From Elainellaceae cyanobacterium (lineage in GTDB: Bacteria > Cyanobacteriota > Cyanobacteriia > CAZCXK01): a stretch of DNA of 64,000 bases. The notes under the pieces were generated by a model. It was not told where the DNA came from. It did not search any database and saw only the letters and a program-made list of their open reading frames with translations. Both the position numbers and the translations under genes were made by a program. This document shows positions 9,619 to 18,768 of the stretch, piece by piece (position 1 is the stretch's first letter; each line of letters begins with the position of its first letter). The DNA lies in assembly GCA_051117555.1 (NCBI GenBank), contig JBNPEG010000013.1, forward strand, positions 1-64,000, given 5' to 3'.

Positions 9619-10086
9619 ATGCCTCAGGTTGTTCTGGTTGAGCCCCAAATTCCTCCCAATACCGGCAACATCGCAAGAACATGTGCCGCAACTAATACAG
9701 AACTTCATCTCGTCGGCCCCCTTGGGTTTGAAATTAGCGATCGCCAGCTAAAACGAGCCGGACTCGACTATTGGCCCCACGTCGATCTGCATCAGCATCC
9801 CTCAATCGAGAAATTTCAGGCATACCACGCGACTCGGAGTGGTCGGTGGATTGGTTTTAGCACTTCAGGAGTCCATAACTATATCCATTTCAAGTTTCGA
9901 GAAGACGATTGGTTACTATTTGGTTGTGAAACCAGTGGATTGCCGCCTCATGTCTTATCGATGTGTGCGTCGACGTTGTATATTCCCATGAGCCAGCCTC
10001 ATGTTCGCAGTCTAAATCTTTCCGTTAGTGCAGCAGTGGGCTTATTTGAAGCACATCGACAACTAGGGCGTCTTGGTTCAATCTAG
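9619..10086 (+). CDS. trmL: tRNA (cytidine(34)-2'-O)-methyltransferase, SPOUT family
   Basis: PQIPPNTGNIARTCA, LKRAGLDYW, LLFGCETSGLP, IPM…RSLNLS. Confidence 0.95.
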   Translation: MPQVVLVEPQIPPNTGNIARTCAATNTELHLVGPLGFEISDRQLKRAGLDYWPHVDLHQHPSIEKFQAYHATRSGRWIGFSTSGVHNYIHFKFREDDWLLFGCETSGLPPHVLSMCASTLYIPMSQPHVRSLNLSVSAAVGLFEAHRQLGRLGSI

Positions 10087-11008
10087 TCGTATACCCGGCA
10101 TCAAAATCTTTAGCTCCTTCTTCGCAACTCAATACCGGTCGATATTGAGCCCTTTCAACGCTCCAAACTCCAAACTCCATCCATCGAAACATGGAGATAT
10201 GCCGATGAGGCAATGATATGGTTTCGGGTAAAATTGTCTATTTAAAATCTTGTTCAAGATTGACTTCATTTCGCAATGGATTGTGGAAGGTCGCAAACAA
10301 ATTGGCTACGATGGTTGCTTGCTAGTCATTGACAGTTACAGTTTCCTACACTACCAAATTGCAAAGTCTCCGATAAGAAATTTATATGAAAAAAATCCAC
10401 CTCTAGATTGATGAATTTGGTTCAGAAATTTATCAAATTTGGCTGAGGAAACTATTTTGCGAAGTATTAGTAATCAGCATATCGCTCAAACAAATTCTCA
10501 GCTTTACCCCGTCATTTTAGGCAGTGCTATGCAGGTTACCCGATCTAAATTTACTGACAACGCTTGAGTATAGATTAAATAAAACAAGGAACTCCGAATC
10601 CTCGAAAGCCTCTGTATTTAGGGGTTCTCGCTCTAGTTCGACGACATCAAGCAGCCTCTAGAGATAACAATCAGAATCTGAATTCAACTCAATATTTTTT
10701 TCTGTAGAGAAGTCTAAAAGAGGGGGTTAAACTTACTTTCTAGTCATGAATCAACCTAGAATACAGCGAAGTAAAGGTGTAGATTAGTCTGAGTTAACTC
10801 ATTTATCAGTTTTACTAAGGGCATTTAAGTGTTGAACTTTTTCTTGACTAGTGTAATCTTGTGTAAATCGGAAAAGCGGGGTAATCTTGCCTACGTCATA
10901 CGATAATGTCAGTGATCTTCCTCGCCTTAAAATGTGATTTGCATCATTGACTGATACGGATTAGTTGCATCTAGACAGTTAAGCGCTGGTCATTTAGGAG
11001 GTCGTTCT

Positions 11009-13414
11009 TTGAAACGAGCATTTCCGAGGAGGGTAGAGCCCGTTTCCCGCAGTTCATCAGCTGCCGATGCTATGGCAGAATCGCCACGTCGGGTTCTCCC
11101 TGAGGTTAATCGCAGAGTACGCACTTCGGCTGCCATGGTCGGTTTAGCATTGTCTATGGGCGCAGTCGGCGCTCTTATCCCTCGACAAGGAGACGAAGCC
11201 GCCGCATCCGAGCCCACCAGGTCGGGTTGGTTCATAGTTGCCGAGGTCCCTGAGGCACTTAAATCTGAACCCTCCGCTGTCAAAGCCAGTGCTGATCCAG
11301 CACCTGTTCGGACGGGTTCTTTTTCAACACCTGCGCCGGGTGAGCATATTGTTAGAGAGGGTGAAACTCTTTGGCGGCTGTCGCGTCGCTACGGCGTTAG
11401 TGTCGAGGAAATTCTTGCCGCAAATGGGTTGACTTCAGATTCTATTTTGCGAGTCGGACATTCATTGGTGATTCCGTCCAGTTCGCAAAACAGTGATTCT
11501 GTGTCGCGGCGGAGCGCTCCATCACAGTCTGAGTCGTCTTCCACCGCTGCCCAACCGGTCGTGAGTCGTAATCTTGCTCAATTACAGATTTCGACAATTT
11601 CAGACTCTTCTCAACGTGTTCTTAAGGCAAGGCAAGAGCAAGCCTTAACCACGATGGTAGAGAAGAGAAACCGTCTGAAAAATAGCTTGGCAGAGTTGCA
11701 ACAGACTGAACTCGATAATTCTGGCACAGAGCAACGCTACAGCAGTGGGGTTGTAGCAGCTTCAGAGATTCAACCGGATGAGCCCATTTCTAATGAGGCG
11801 AATGAATCTGTAGAATTCATCAGATATCAGGTTGAGCAAGGTGATACGCTTAGTACAATTGCACGAGCGCATCAACTGTCTCCAAGCGTTCTGATTGAAG
11901 CCAATCAAATCACCGATCCAGATCAGCTGAAAGATGATCAGATGCTGATAATACCCAAATTTTCTCCATCATCTGAGCTTGAATATCCAAGCGCTCTAGA
12001 TAATCCGAGCGACTCAGGTGTTTCGCTATACAGGAATCCATCGACAGATGAGCCTGAGTTAAGCCCTGAGTTAGGCATTGATGAATCCAGCCTAAGTCAT
12101 CAGATCAGATCGGGAGATACAATAGGGGCGATCGCCAACGCATACGGAATTTCGCAAGAAAAAGTTGCTGAAATCAATAAGCTAGATAATCCCAATCTGA
12201 TTCTTGAAGGTCAAAAGCTTATTATTCCACTAGAGTCAGCAGACGCGAAAGCCTCCATTCCTTCGGTAGATTCACGCGTAACAGCCTCATCTTTGCCTTT
12301 CTCTCGGAGTGATGCAGATGCAAATAGCGTAGCAACGGATACGCCTGATGAAGAGAATGAGCTTTCTCTTCCTTTGCATGTAATGGTTGACAAACCTACT
12401 CCTCTCAACCAACTCGGTAAAGCTCGTGGTGAGTCAACTCCGTCTGCTGCTGGCGACGCTGCTAGATCACCTTTAGATGCCGCTTCAGATGTGGAGTCAT
12501 CTCAACCTTCGCCATCTGAAGAAACTCAGACCGTTGCTATGCGCTTTGACGACAGACTATCTAGCTCAGTTTCTCAGTCGACTTCCAGCCTCTACGTTGA
12601 GAATTTGATGTCTGAAATCAGAGCGTTAGCCGATCAGTATCGGAGCGAGCAGCCAGTCGACGGCCAACAAGGTTCCTCGTCGACGGAAGAGCGTGTCGCT
12701 TCGCTACCGTCTTCTTCAGGCGTGCTGATGCCTTTCATGGAGCAATTGGAATCTTCAGATGCAATTAATCCTGACTTTGATGCTCGACCAGAACAGTCGT
12801 CAGTCTCCCAGGCTACTTTGACATCGTCTGCTGAGCAGCGCCAAGCAACTGTGGTCGCTGATGCATCTGAGTCATCGACCGACTCGTCGTCCAATCAAAT
12901 TGCAACTGCACCCTTAGGTTCGCAAAACTACGTCCCTCTGCGTGAGCCCATTACAGGGCGGATGGTATCTCCAGAGCTGCCTCCCATGCCTGGTCCTGAA
13001 AACTATCTGCCTGAAGGTTCACCGATTTTCGAGGGATATCGCTGGCCTGCTAGAGGGGTCTTAACATCTGGTTATGGTTGGCGTTGGGGGCGAATGCACC
13101 GTGGTATCGACATCGCCGCCCCAGTCGGAACGCCTGTTTTTGCTGCGGCTCCTGGAACCATCGAGTTCTCTGGCTGGAATTCTGGTGGATACGGCAACAT
13201 GGTCGACATTCGCCATCCGGATGGGAGTAAAACTCGATACGCCCACAACAGTCGCAACTTAGTTCGAGCAGGGCAGCAGGTTGACCAGGGTCAGCAAATT
13301 GCTGAGATGGGCAGTACCGGGTATAGCACAGGGCCTCACGTTCATTTTGAGGTTCATCTTCCTAATCAAGGGACGGTAAACCCAGTCGCGTATCTTCCCC
13401 AGAGAGGACGGTAG
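11009..13414 (+). CDS. LysM-repeat M23 peptidoglycan DD-metalloendopeptidase (NlpD-like)
   Basis: Three LysM repeats (HIVREGETLW, YQVEQGDTLS, HQIRSGDTIG). C-terminal M23 motifs HRGID, YAH and TGPHVHFE. Confidence 0.92.
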   Translation: MKRAFPRRVEPVSRSSSAADAMAESPRRVLPEVNRRVRTSAAMVGLALSMGAVGALIPRQGDEAAASEPTRSGWFIVAEVPEALKSEPSAVKASADPAPVRTGSFSTPAPGEHIVREGETLWRLSRRYGVSVEEILAANGLTSDSILRVGHSLVIPSSSQNSDSVSRRSAPSQSESSSTAAQPVVSRNLAQLQISTISDSSQRVLKARQEQALTTMVEKRNRLKNSLAELQQTELDNSGTEQRYSSGVVAASEIQPDEPISNEANESVEFIRYQVEQGDTLSTIARAHQLSPSVLIEANQITDPDQLKDDQMLIIPKFSPSSELEYPSALDNPSDSGVSLYRNPSTDEPELSPELGIDESSLSHQIRSGDTIGAIANAYGISQEKVAEINKLDNPNLILEGQKLIIPLESADAKASIPSVDSRVTASSLPFSRSDADANSVATDTPDEENELSLPLHVMVDKPTPLNQLGKARGESTPSAAGDAARSPLDAASDVESSQPSPSEETQTVAMRFDDRLSSSVSQSTSSLYVENLMSEIRALADQYRSEQPVDGQQGSSSTEERVASLPSSSGVLMPFMEQLESSDAINPDFDARPEQSSVSQATLTSSAEQRQATVVADASESSTDSSSNQIATAPLGSQNYVPLREPITGRMVSPELPPMPGPENYLPEGSPIFEGYRWPARGVLTSGYGWRWGRMHRGIDIAAPVGTPVFAAAPGTIEFSGWNSGGYGNMVDIRHPDGSKTRYAHNSRNLVRAGQQVDQGQQIAEMGSTGYSTGPHVHFEVHLPNQGTVNPVAYLPQRGR

Positions 13415-13699
13415 GCTAGGGGATAGGATACGTCTTTCCCACGAGGATGTCATTTTCTATGCCCGCAATCGTTGATAGTCTGATGCAGATGTTTTTTCGT
13501 ATTCGAGAATTATTGTTCTTCGTGGGCTGCTTGAATTTTTCCAAGAGGCAATGGAACGTCACTGCATCAGACATTGCACATTTATAGGGATAGAACTTCA
13601 CTTTGACCTATTCAATATGCTATTTTGGAAAAGCTGAAAATTTGCTGTTCTTGAATATCTAGATCGGCATGTTCTTAGCAGGAAATCTTTCATAGGTCT

Positions 13700-13772
13700 G
13701 GCTCAGTAGCTCAGTGGTTAGAGCAGGGGACTCATAAGCCCAAGGTCGCAGGTTCAAATCCCGCCTGAGCCA
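13700..13772 (+). tRNA. tRNA-Met (CAT), probably elongator
   Basis: GGCTCAG/CTGAGCC acceptor stem, D-arm AGCTCAGTGGTTAGAGC, anticodon loop CTCATAA, T-loop GGTTCAAATCC. CCA is not encoded. Confidence 0.93.
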
Positions 13773-13797
13773 TTTTTTGTATGAATTTAAAAACCTG

Positions 13798-13830
13798 AAA
13801 CCCGCATCCGTTAATAAATGCGGGTTTTTT
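13798..13830 (+). terminator. Rho-independent terminator after tRNA-Met
   Basis: AAACCCGCAT…ATGCGGGTTTTTT hairpin with U-tract. Confidence 0.8.
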
Positions 13831-13961
13831 ACGATGAATAAAAAAATTATTTCCCCCTCAACTACTCAACTTACCCAAAGAGCGATCGCCATTGTGGTTT
13901 CTCCTCTTTTTTAAGACTCCTCTTTTTTAAGAAAGGAAAGAGTTCTAAAGCCATCGGTGCC

Positions 13962-14294
13962 TTATGACAAAGCCAGCAACGATAAATTTTCATCCTGATA
14001 GAATAATTGGATCGTGTTAAACTCCTGACGCAGCAAATTTTAAACTTGTAATGTCGAACAGTTTCCAAGTCGAAGCCAAATAACTTTTAGTGGATTCCCA
14101 AATACTAAGCTCAGATCGTGCATGTCAGCATCTTTCGAGACAATCATCAAATCATTGTCTTTTGCATAATCCTAAACTACTGGGTCGATTGTTGCTTTCA
14201 TGCCCGCCTCTCGAACGTGAAGTGAGTCTGGGAAAAGATCGCTTAAACGGTTTGGCAATTTAGGTGACAAGTTTTCATCAAATAATAATTTCAT
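13962..14294 (-). pseudogene. DUF5615-family PIN-like toxin with two in-frame stops
   Basis: Manual translation: MKLLFDENLSPKLPNRLSDLFPDSLHVREAGMKATIDPVV*DYAKDNDLMIVSKDADMHDLSLVFGNPLKVIWLRLGNCSTLQV*NLLRQEF…LALS. Not in the ORF track. Confidence 0.85.
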
Positions 14295-14447
14295 GCAGAT
14301 AATGGATTGCTCATAAACCGCCGCTCACGGTCAGCAGCATAAGCAATACAAGCTTTTAAATCTTCTCGTGTCAGATCAGGAAAATCATCGAGAATGTCTG
14401 CTTCAGTCATCTCGGAAGCTAGGTATTCAAGCACGTCATAACCCGTA
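14291..14447 (-). pseudogene. 5'-truncated DUF433-family antitoxin
   Basis: TGYDVLEYLASEMTEADILDDFPDLTREDLKACIAYAADRERRFMSNPLSA*. The stop overlaps the toxin ATG (ATGA), and the N-terminal part is missing. Confidence 0.82.
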
Positions 14448-14453
14448 AATGAG

Positions 14454-14539
14454 AGCTAACGGGGAAGTTGTGCGACAGTAAACAGTTTTGAATGCTCACT
14501 GATAACTTTTGTCCCGTACGCACCAATGGAGGGTTAGCG
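14454..14539 (-). other. attC-like integron recombination site
   Basis: Minus strand: CGCTAAC-CCTCC-ATTGGTGC…GCACAAC-TTCCCC-GTTAGCT, i.e. R'', 5 nt, 8-nt L'' with one extra base, 7-nt L', 6 nt, R'. Confidence 0.65.
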
Positions 14540-14609
14540 GTCTCGGACAGAACAAAGGCATTTGCTGGCTCAGAAGCGTAAAATGTTAAGGATAGCGAGG
14601 AATTTAGCC

Positions 14610-14864
14610 ATGAGCGTTGTTGTCCCGGATGAAATTTTAGCCGCAACTCGCATGACTGAGGCTGAGATGCGTCAAGAAATCGCTGTCATGCTCTTTCAGC
14701 GCGAAAAGCTTACCCTTGCTCAAGCCAGTCGTTATGCAGGAACGCACCGCATCGCCTTTCAACACCTACTCGCCAGTCGCCACATCCCAGTGCACTACGG
14801 AGTAGAGGATTTTGAGCAGGACATTCAAAACCTGCGGGAGATGGGTTCAAAACATCAGGGTTGA
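14610..14864 (+). CDS. UPF0175-family antitoxin-like protein (usual toxin partner absent)
   Basis: MSVVVPDEIL…EMRQEIAVMLFQREKLTLAQASRYAG…FQHLLASRHIPVHYGVEDFEQDI. RBS GAGG upstream of ATG 14610. Confidence 0.85.
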   Translation: MSVVVPDEILAATRMTEAEMRQEIAVMLFQREKLTLAQASRYAGTHRIAFQHLLASRHIPVHYGVEDFEQDIQNLREMGSKHQG

Positions 14865-14958
14865 GTGCGTTTGCCCTGGCGATGCGGAGCATACCGTCTC
14901 GGCGACCCTACCGTTAAGGAACACGCGACCGGGGATGATCGCACTTACATAAAATTCT
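14862..14958 (-). repeat. Dispersed ~100-bp repeat, copy 1 (inverted copy at 22536-22660)
   Basis: The reverse complement matches GTGTTCCTTAACGGTAGGGTCGCCGAGA…GCCAGGGCAAACGCACT at about 22598-22660 and the TAAGTGCGA flank. Confidence 0.85.
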
Positions 14959-15152
14959 GTACAGTCTCTGGATGAGGATTATACGGACAGAATTTTCTAC
15001 GTGTCCGACTAAATTTATGGGATTTTGCTGATAACCCTTCAGTAACACACCTCTTATGATCGAACGCGTTAGTGGTTCAGTGCAGCATCATTTATTGAGT
15101 TCACTACCGTGGGCCATGACGTGTATTGATTCATTTAGAGAAATATCACCCC

Positions 15153-15419
15153 ATGCGTCACAGTAGATTGCAGATTTTAATTCCAGTGGCGATCGCCACG
15201 ACAACGACTCTTGTCACAACTTCATTCACAAGTTTTCTACTAACCCGCCCGTGGTGTATCGAATTCGAGTCCGAAAATGCGCACCGACTTCTATTTGGAC
15301 TTGAAAACTGTAGAACTCAAGAATCTAATTCTCATCCTCGCTTGACTCGCAAACGAATCATGTCAAGTAATAAACGGTTTAATGCCCGCTTATCCGAACT
15401 ATTGAAATCAGATAAGTAG
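15153..15419 (+). CDS. Hypothetical small membrane-anchored protein (stop lies in the MITE terminus)
   Basis: ORF with hydrophobic N-terminus (ILIPVAIATTTTLVTTSFTSFLL) and two Cys. No recognisable family. Confidence 0.35.
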   Translation: MRHSRLQILIPVAIATTTTLVTTSFTSFLLTRPWCIEFESENAHRLLFGLENCRTQESNSHPRLTRKRIMSSNKRFNARLSELLKSDK

Positions 15420-15534
15420 GTGGGCGGAATCAAATGTAGGATGGGTTAGCGATAGCGTAACCCATGCGGGCGTTGGGTTTCGTGCCTCAACCCAACCTAC
15501 ACAGGTCTCATATTTAATTAGTCCCACCTACTTA
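15413..15534. mobile_element. MITE-like element with TIRs TAAGTAGGTGGG…CCCACCTACTTA enclosing a pair of GTAG-type REP palindromes
   Basis: 12-bp perfect TIR. Inner GTAGGATGGGTTAGCGATAGCGTAACCCAT and GTTGGGTTTCGTGCCTCAACCCAACCTAC. Confidence 0.8.
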
Positions 15535-15666
15535 ATGCTCGTAAATTTACGAGTAATGACATCTAAAATCTTGCTTCTTTATAAGAATTTTAGGTAAGCT
15601 CCCTGAATATTATTTGAATCCAAATAGGGCAATTTAGATAGTGTAGATTGCAATTTTTGGAAAAAT

Positions 15667-15798
15667 ATGAAGCTTTTAATTGCGGGATTTGTGATAGTTA
15701 ATTCGCTATTCCTTGGAATTTTTGAGTCTAGCTTGCAGTCCAAAAATCCAGGGTGCGACCCAACAATTCATACATGTAATTGGAGCGATTTGGCTTAA
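15667..15798 (+). CDS. Candidate 43-aa secreted or membrane peptide with a Cys pair
   Basis: MKLLIAGFVIVNSLFLGIFESSLQSKNPGCDPTIHTCNWSDLA*. Below the ORF-track cutoff; signal-peptide-like N-terminus. Confidence 0.35.
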   Translation: MKLLIAGFVIVNSLFLGIFESSLQSKNPGCDPTIHTCNWSDLA

Positions 15799-16099
15799 AA
15801 AATTTACTTAGAGCCCCATCTAGTAATCCTTTTGGGTTTAAGCGCCTGAGACTATTTCTACAATTTAAGACAGGGTCTATTGAGAACAAGTATTATAATT
15901 TTAGGCAATATTTGTAATGAATAAGATTATATAGAAGGTTGTCAAAATCTTGCTCGAAAACCATCCGTAGATAATAAGAAGATTGGTATGATCTTTAAAG
16001 TGTTTCCCGTTTAATTTAGAGAATTCCTATTACTAAATATATGATGGTATCCACTTGAATTGGGAGCATCCTATGTTTGCAAATTTATCAGTGCTGATA

Positions 16100-16224
16100 G
16101 TACTGGCGTGGCACAGCTGAAATAGTGCATTAGGCAGGGTATCGTTAGCGCAGCGTAACGCACCGGATTCAAGAGCTTCAGCCCTTTAAAAATTCGCACT
16201 ATTTTAGGCATGTCACAACAGTAC
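16100..16224. mobile_element. MITE-like element with ~29-bp imperfect TIRs
   Basis: GTACTGGCGTGGCACAGCTGAAATAGTGC … GCACTATTTTAGGCATGTCACAACAGTAC, with an inner GTTAGCGCAGCGTAAC palindrome. Confidence 0.7.
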
Positions 16225-16624
16225 GGGCCTCTTGCCCCGCGTTGACAACGCCTATTTATTAGGAGAAACGGGACGTGATGCTATGCATCGCTAGAGCGTT
16301 GGCTTAGAGCCTTGTCATACGAAGATGTTTTAAAGCGACTACACAACAAAGTGCGCGTTCGCGGATGCCGACGCGGACTCCAGTAAAACCAAAGGTCTTG
16401 GAACCTGCGGAGGTCGGTTTTGTCCGCGTAGCCTGCGTTTGCGAAGCGTCTCTGTCAAGAGAACTTTAGTCGCTAAGGGCTTGTTAAAAAATAACCTCAT
16501 GATGGTGCGTTGCGCTGACGCTTTAGCGTAGCCATGCCTGCAAGACTATACAGCACCCTGCGGCTCAATCAAACTGTGAAGTTATTTCTTTACGGGCTCC
16601 TAAGGCCAAAAAAAAGTAGGACCT

Positions 16625-18136
16625 TTAAAGCATCTTCTCAGGGAAATAGTGCCTCAGAACCGCTTTATATGCCTCATTCACTTGCTGAGCCTCTTCTGTG
16701 CTACCGCCACTATCAGGATGTGCTGCTTTCATGGCTTGCTTATAGGCATTTTTAATTGAGTCGACTGTGATTGGCGTGAAGGGCCCCATCTTGAGCATCG
16801 TGAGGTACTCTCGGAGCAAATGTGTGGGGTCGGTTTGATTGGGTGAATAATGTTGAGACTGGTGGGCTGATTGATGGCGATCGCGCTGAGTAGCGTCAGC
16901 GATCTTTTCTAAAGCGCGGATGGCGGCATCTTCCCATCCAAACAACTGAAAAATCTTAGAATTATGATCCTCCAAAGCAGCCCAAAGTTGCTGAAGCTCT
17001 GGTAGCCATGAATGCTGAGGATCATAGGCAATTTGCCAAAGCGCTTCATAGGCTGTAAACCCATTGAGGTCATAGATGTAATATGAGTCACCCGTTTTGT
17101 CGATATGCTGCCCAAACTGCTGGAGAATATCTGCTCCAACATAATCAATTCTGCCTTGGCAATGCAGCAGGGTATGTAGCTCGGCTAGTACCGGGCTTAG
17201 CTGACGCGCCCATGGTATTTCACACAATACAATCCAATCGGGCGTGAAACATAGCGGAGTTTCAGCATTATCTTCTCGATGACTGAGGCTATATTTTTCA
17301 TAGTCTCCAACCGTACCCCACGCCTCTTTGATGCGATCGCGCCATTCCTCTTGGGTTTGAGGAATGCTAACTTCCTCAAATTCAGATAGGGAATCTAACT
17401 CTTCAATCTGAATCGCCAGGCGTTCGATTTGAGCATGCAGTTTATCGATTTGTTGACTCAGGGAACGCGATGTCGAGCCGACTTGCTGCGACAGCATGTT
17501 GGAAACCATGTCCCGGTGTTCGGATAACGCCTCGTGGATCTGATCTGAGACTGCCTTAGCTTGCTCAAGAAATAGGTGGCGAACGACAGATTGAATCTCT
17601 TGATTTTGATGATGGAGCTGTTGTTTCAGATCAGCATTTTCCGTAACAAGCGATTGGATTTGCTGCTCAAGATTCTGTTGAGTGGAGGTGAGTTGGGCGA
17701 TCGCCTTGTTGGTAGTGGTTAAGGTTTGCATCAAATGCTCAACAACTGATTCGCTGGTTGCAGATGACGACAATTTTTCCCAACTCGCCAAATTCACACG
17801 GGGTTGAGAGGCTGGAGCTAGAGCGGGGGGCTGCCGTTTTGAAAATACTCGGCGATCGCCCGCCTCTGGTTCATAAATTAAAATATCGGGTTGGGTTTCG
17901 AGTAGTCCAGAGCGAAACGTCAGCGTAATCGTCCCTTCTTGGTAGGGAATTTTGCCTCCCTGCCATTGGTCAATTAATCGCTGGCACAGATGCGCTAGGC
18001 AGAAATTTGTCGGGTCGCGAACCACGTCGCACCCCATTAGGGTAGCCCGCAAGAACCGTTTAGAAAGCGTTGATATAGCTTCTTTGAGGCTCTCGTCTTC
18101 AATCTCGAAGGTAACTTTCAGTGACTCAGGATGCAT
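16625..18136 (-). CDS. Coiled-coil protein with a C-terminal J (DnaJ) domain
   Basis: C-terminal IKNAYKQAMKAAHPDSGGSTEEAQQVNEAY (HPD motif) and a central heptad region. Start taken at MHPESLK. Confidence 0.8.
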   Translation of the reverse strand: MHPESLKVTFEIEDESLKEAISTLSKRFLRATLMGCDVVRDPTNFCLAHLCQRLIDQWQGGKIPYQEGTITLTFRSGLLETQPDILIYEPEAGDRRVFSKRQPPALAPASQPRVNLASWEKLSSSATSESVVEHLMQTLTTTNKAIAQLTSTQQNLEQQIQSLVTENADLKQQLHHQNQEIQSVVRHLFLEQAKAVSDQIHEALSEHRDMVSNMLSQQVGSTSRSLSQQIDKLHAQIERLAIQIEELDSLSEFEEVSIPQTQEEWRDRIKEAWGTVGDYEKYSLSHREDNAETPLCFTPDWIVLCEIPWARQLSPVLAELHTLLHCQGRIDYVGADILQQFGQHIDKTGDSYYIYDLNGFTAYEALWQIAYDPQHSWLPELQQLWAALEDHNSKIFQLFGWEDAAIRALEKIADATQRDRHQSAHQSQHYSPNQTDPTHLLREYLTMLKMGPFTPITVDSIKNAYKQAMKAAHPDSGGSTEEAQQVNEAYKAVLRHYFPEKML

Positions 18137-18286
18137 CGGTTGTTTTCCTGATAAACTCAAAGGCTTGCCTACCGAAAATTTCAGCGATTTTAGCGGGCGT
18201 CGAATATAGACGCACAAACAGAGCTAGCAGGATTTTTAATAATCTTGCTCTCATATCATGCCACCTCAAGACGGTCTGATTTGACC

Positions 18287-18715
18287 TTATGCCAACTCAG
18301 AAAAATTGGCAGTTGTCTGTGTTGCGTCTTGAATAATTCGTTGACATCCAGTCAAGCCGATGGCCGGATCGTGGCGATATGCATCGTTTGGCGCCCAAAC
18401 TTGCACATTTCGATCGAGCCCAATCCAATACAAATACTCCACGTCTGGGCTGTAACGTAGCCCAACTCTTAAATTGGAGTAATCATCTTCACAAATTTCA
18501 AACCCAAAGCGCACGATAATTTGGGCAACCAAGCATTCGGGAGTATCAACGTCTTCTCCAGAGATGTCACGTTCTTGCCAAAACTTATCTAAGAACTGAT
18601 TTAGAATAGGCAAAAACTTGGAGGGTTTGCCATTGCGGCTTGCATAGATGATGGCAGGATTACCTTCGACGATGACATGGCAGGGGACAGGAGACATACA
18701 GGCAACTCCAAACAT
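18287..18715 (-). CDS. Conserved cyanobacterial hypothetical protein
   Basis: Plausible ORF (IYASRNG…DTPECLVAQIIVRFGFEICEDDYSNLRVG). The exact start is uncertain. Confidence 0.65.
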   Translation of the reverse strand: MFGVACMSPVPCHVIVEGNPAIIYASRNGKPSKFLPILNQFLDKFWQERDISGEDVDTPECLVAQIIVRFGFEICEDDYSNLRVGLRYSPDVEYLYWIGLDRNVQVWAPNDAYRHDPAIGLTGCQRIIQDATQTTANFSELA

Positions 18716-18768
18716 GACGTAACTGTAGCCACCATAACCCTATCAAAACAGTCTACGGAGTGTGTCAA

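Noticed and set aside
13700..16600. Integrative element or prophage at tRNA-Met
   Set aside because: No integrase and no duplicated tRNA 3' end (attR) were seen, only small decayed cassettes.
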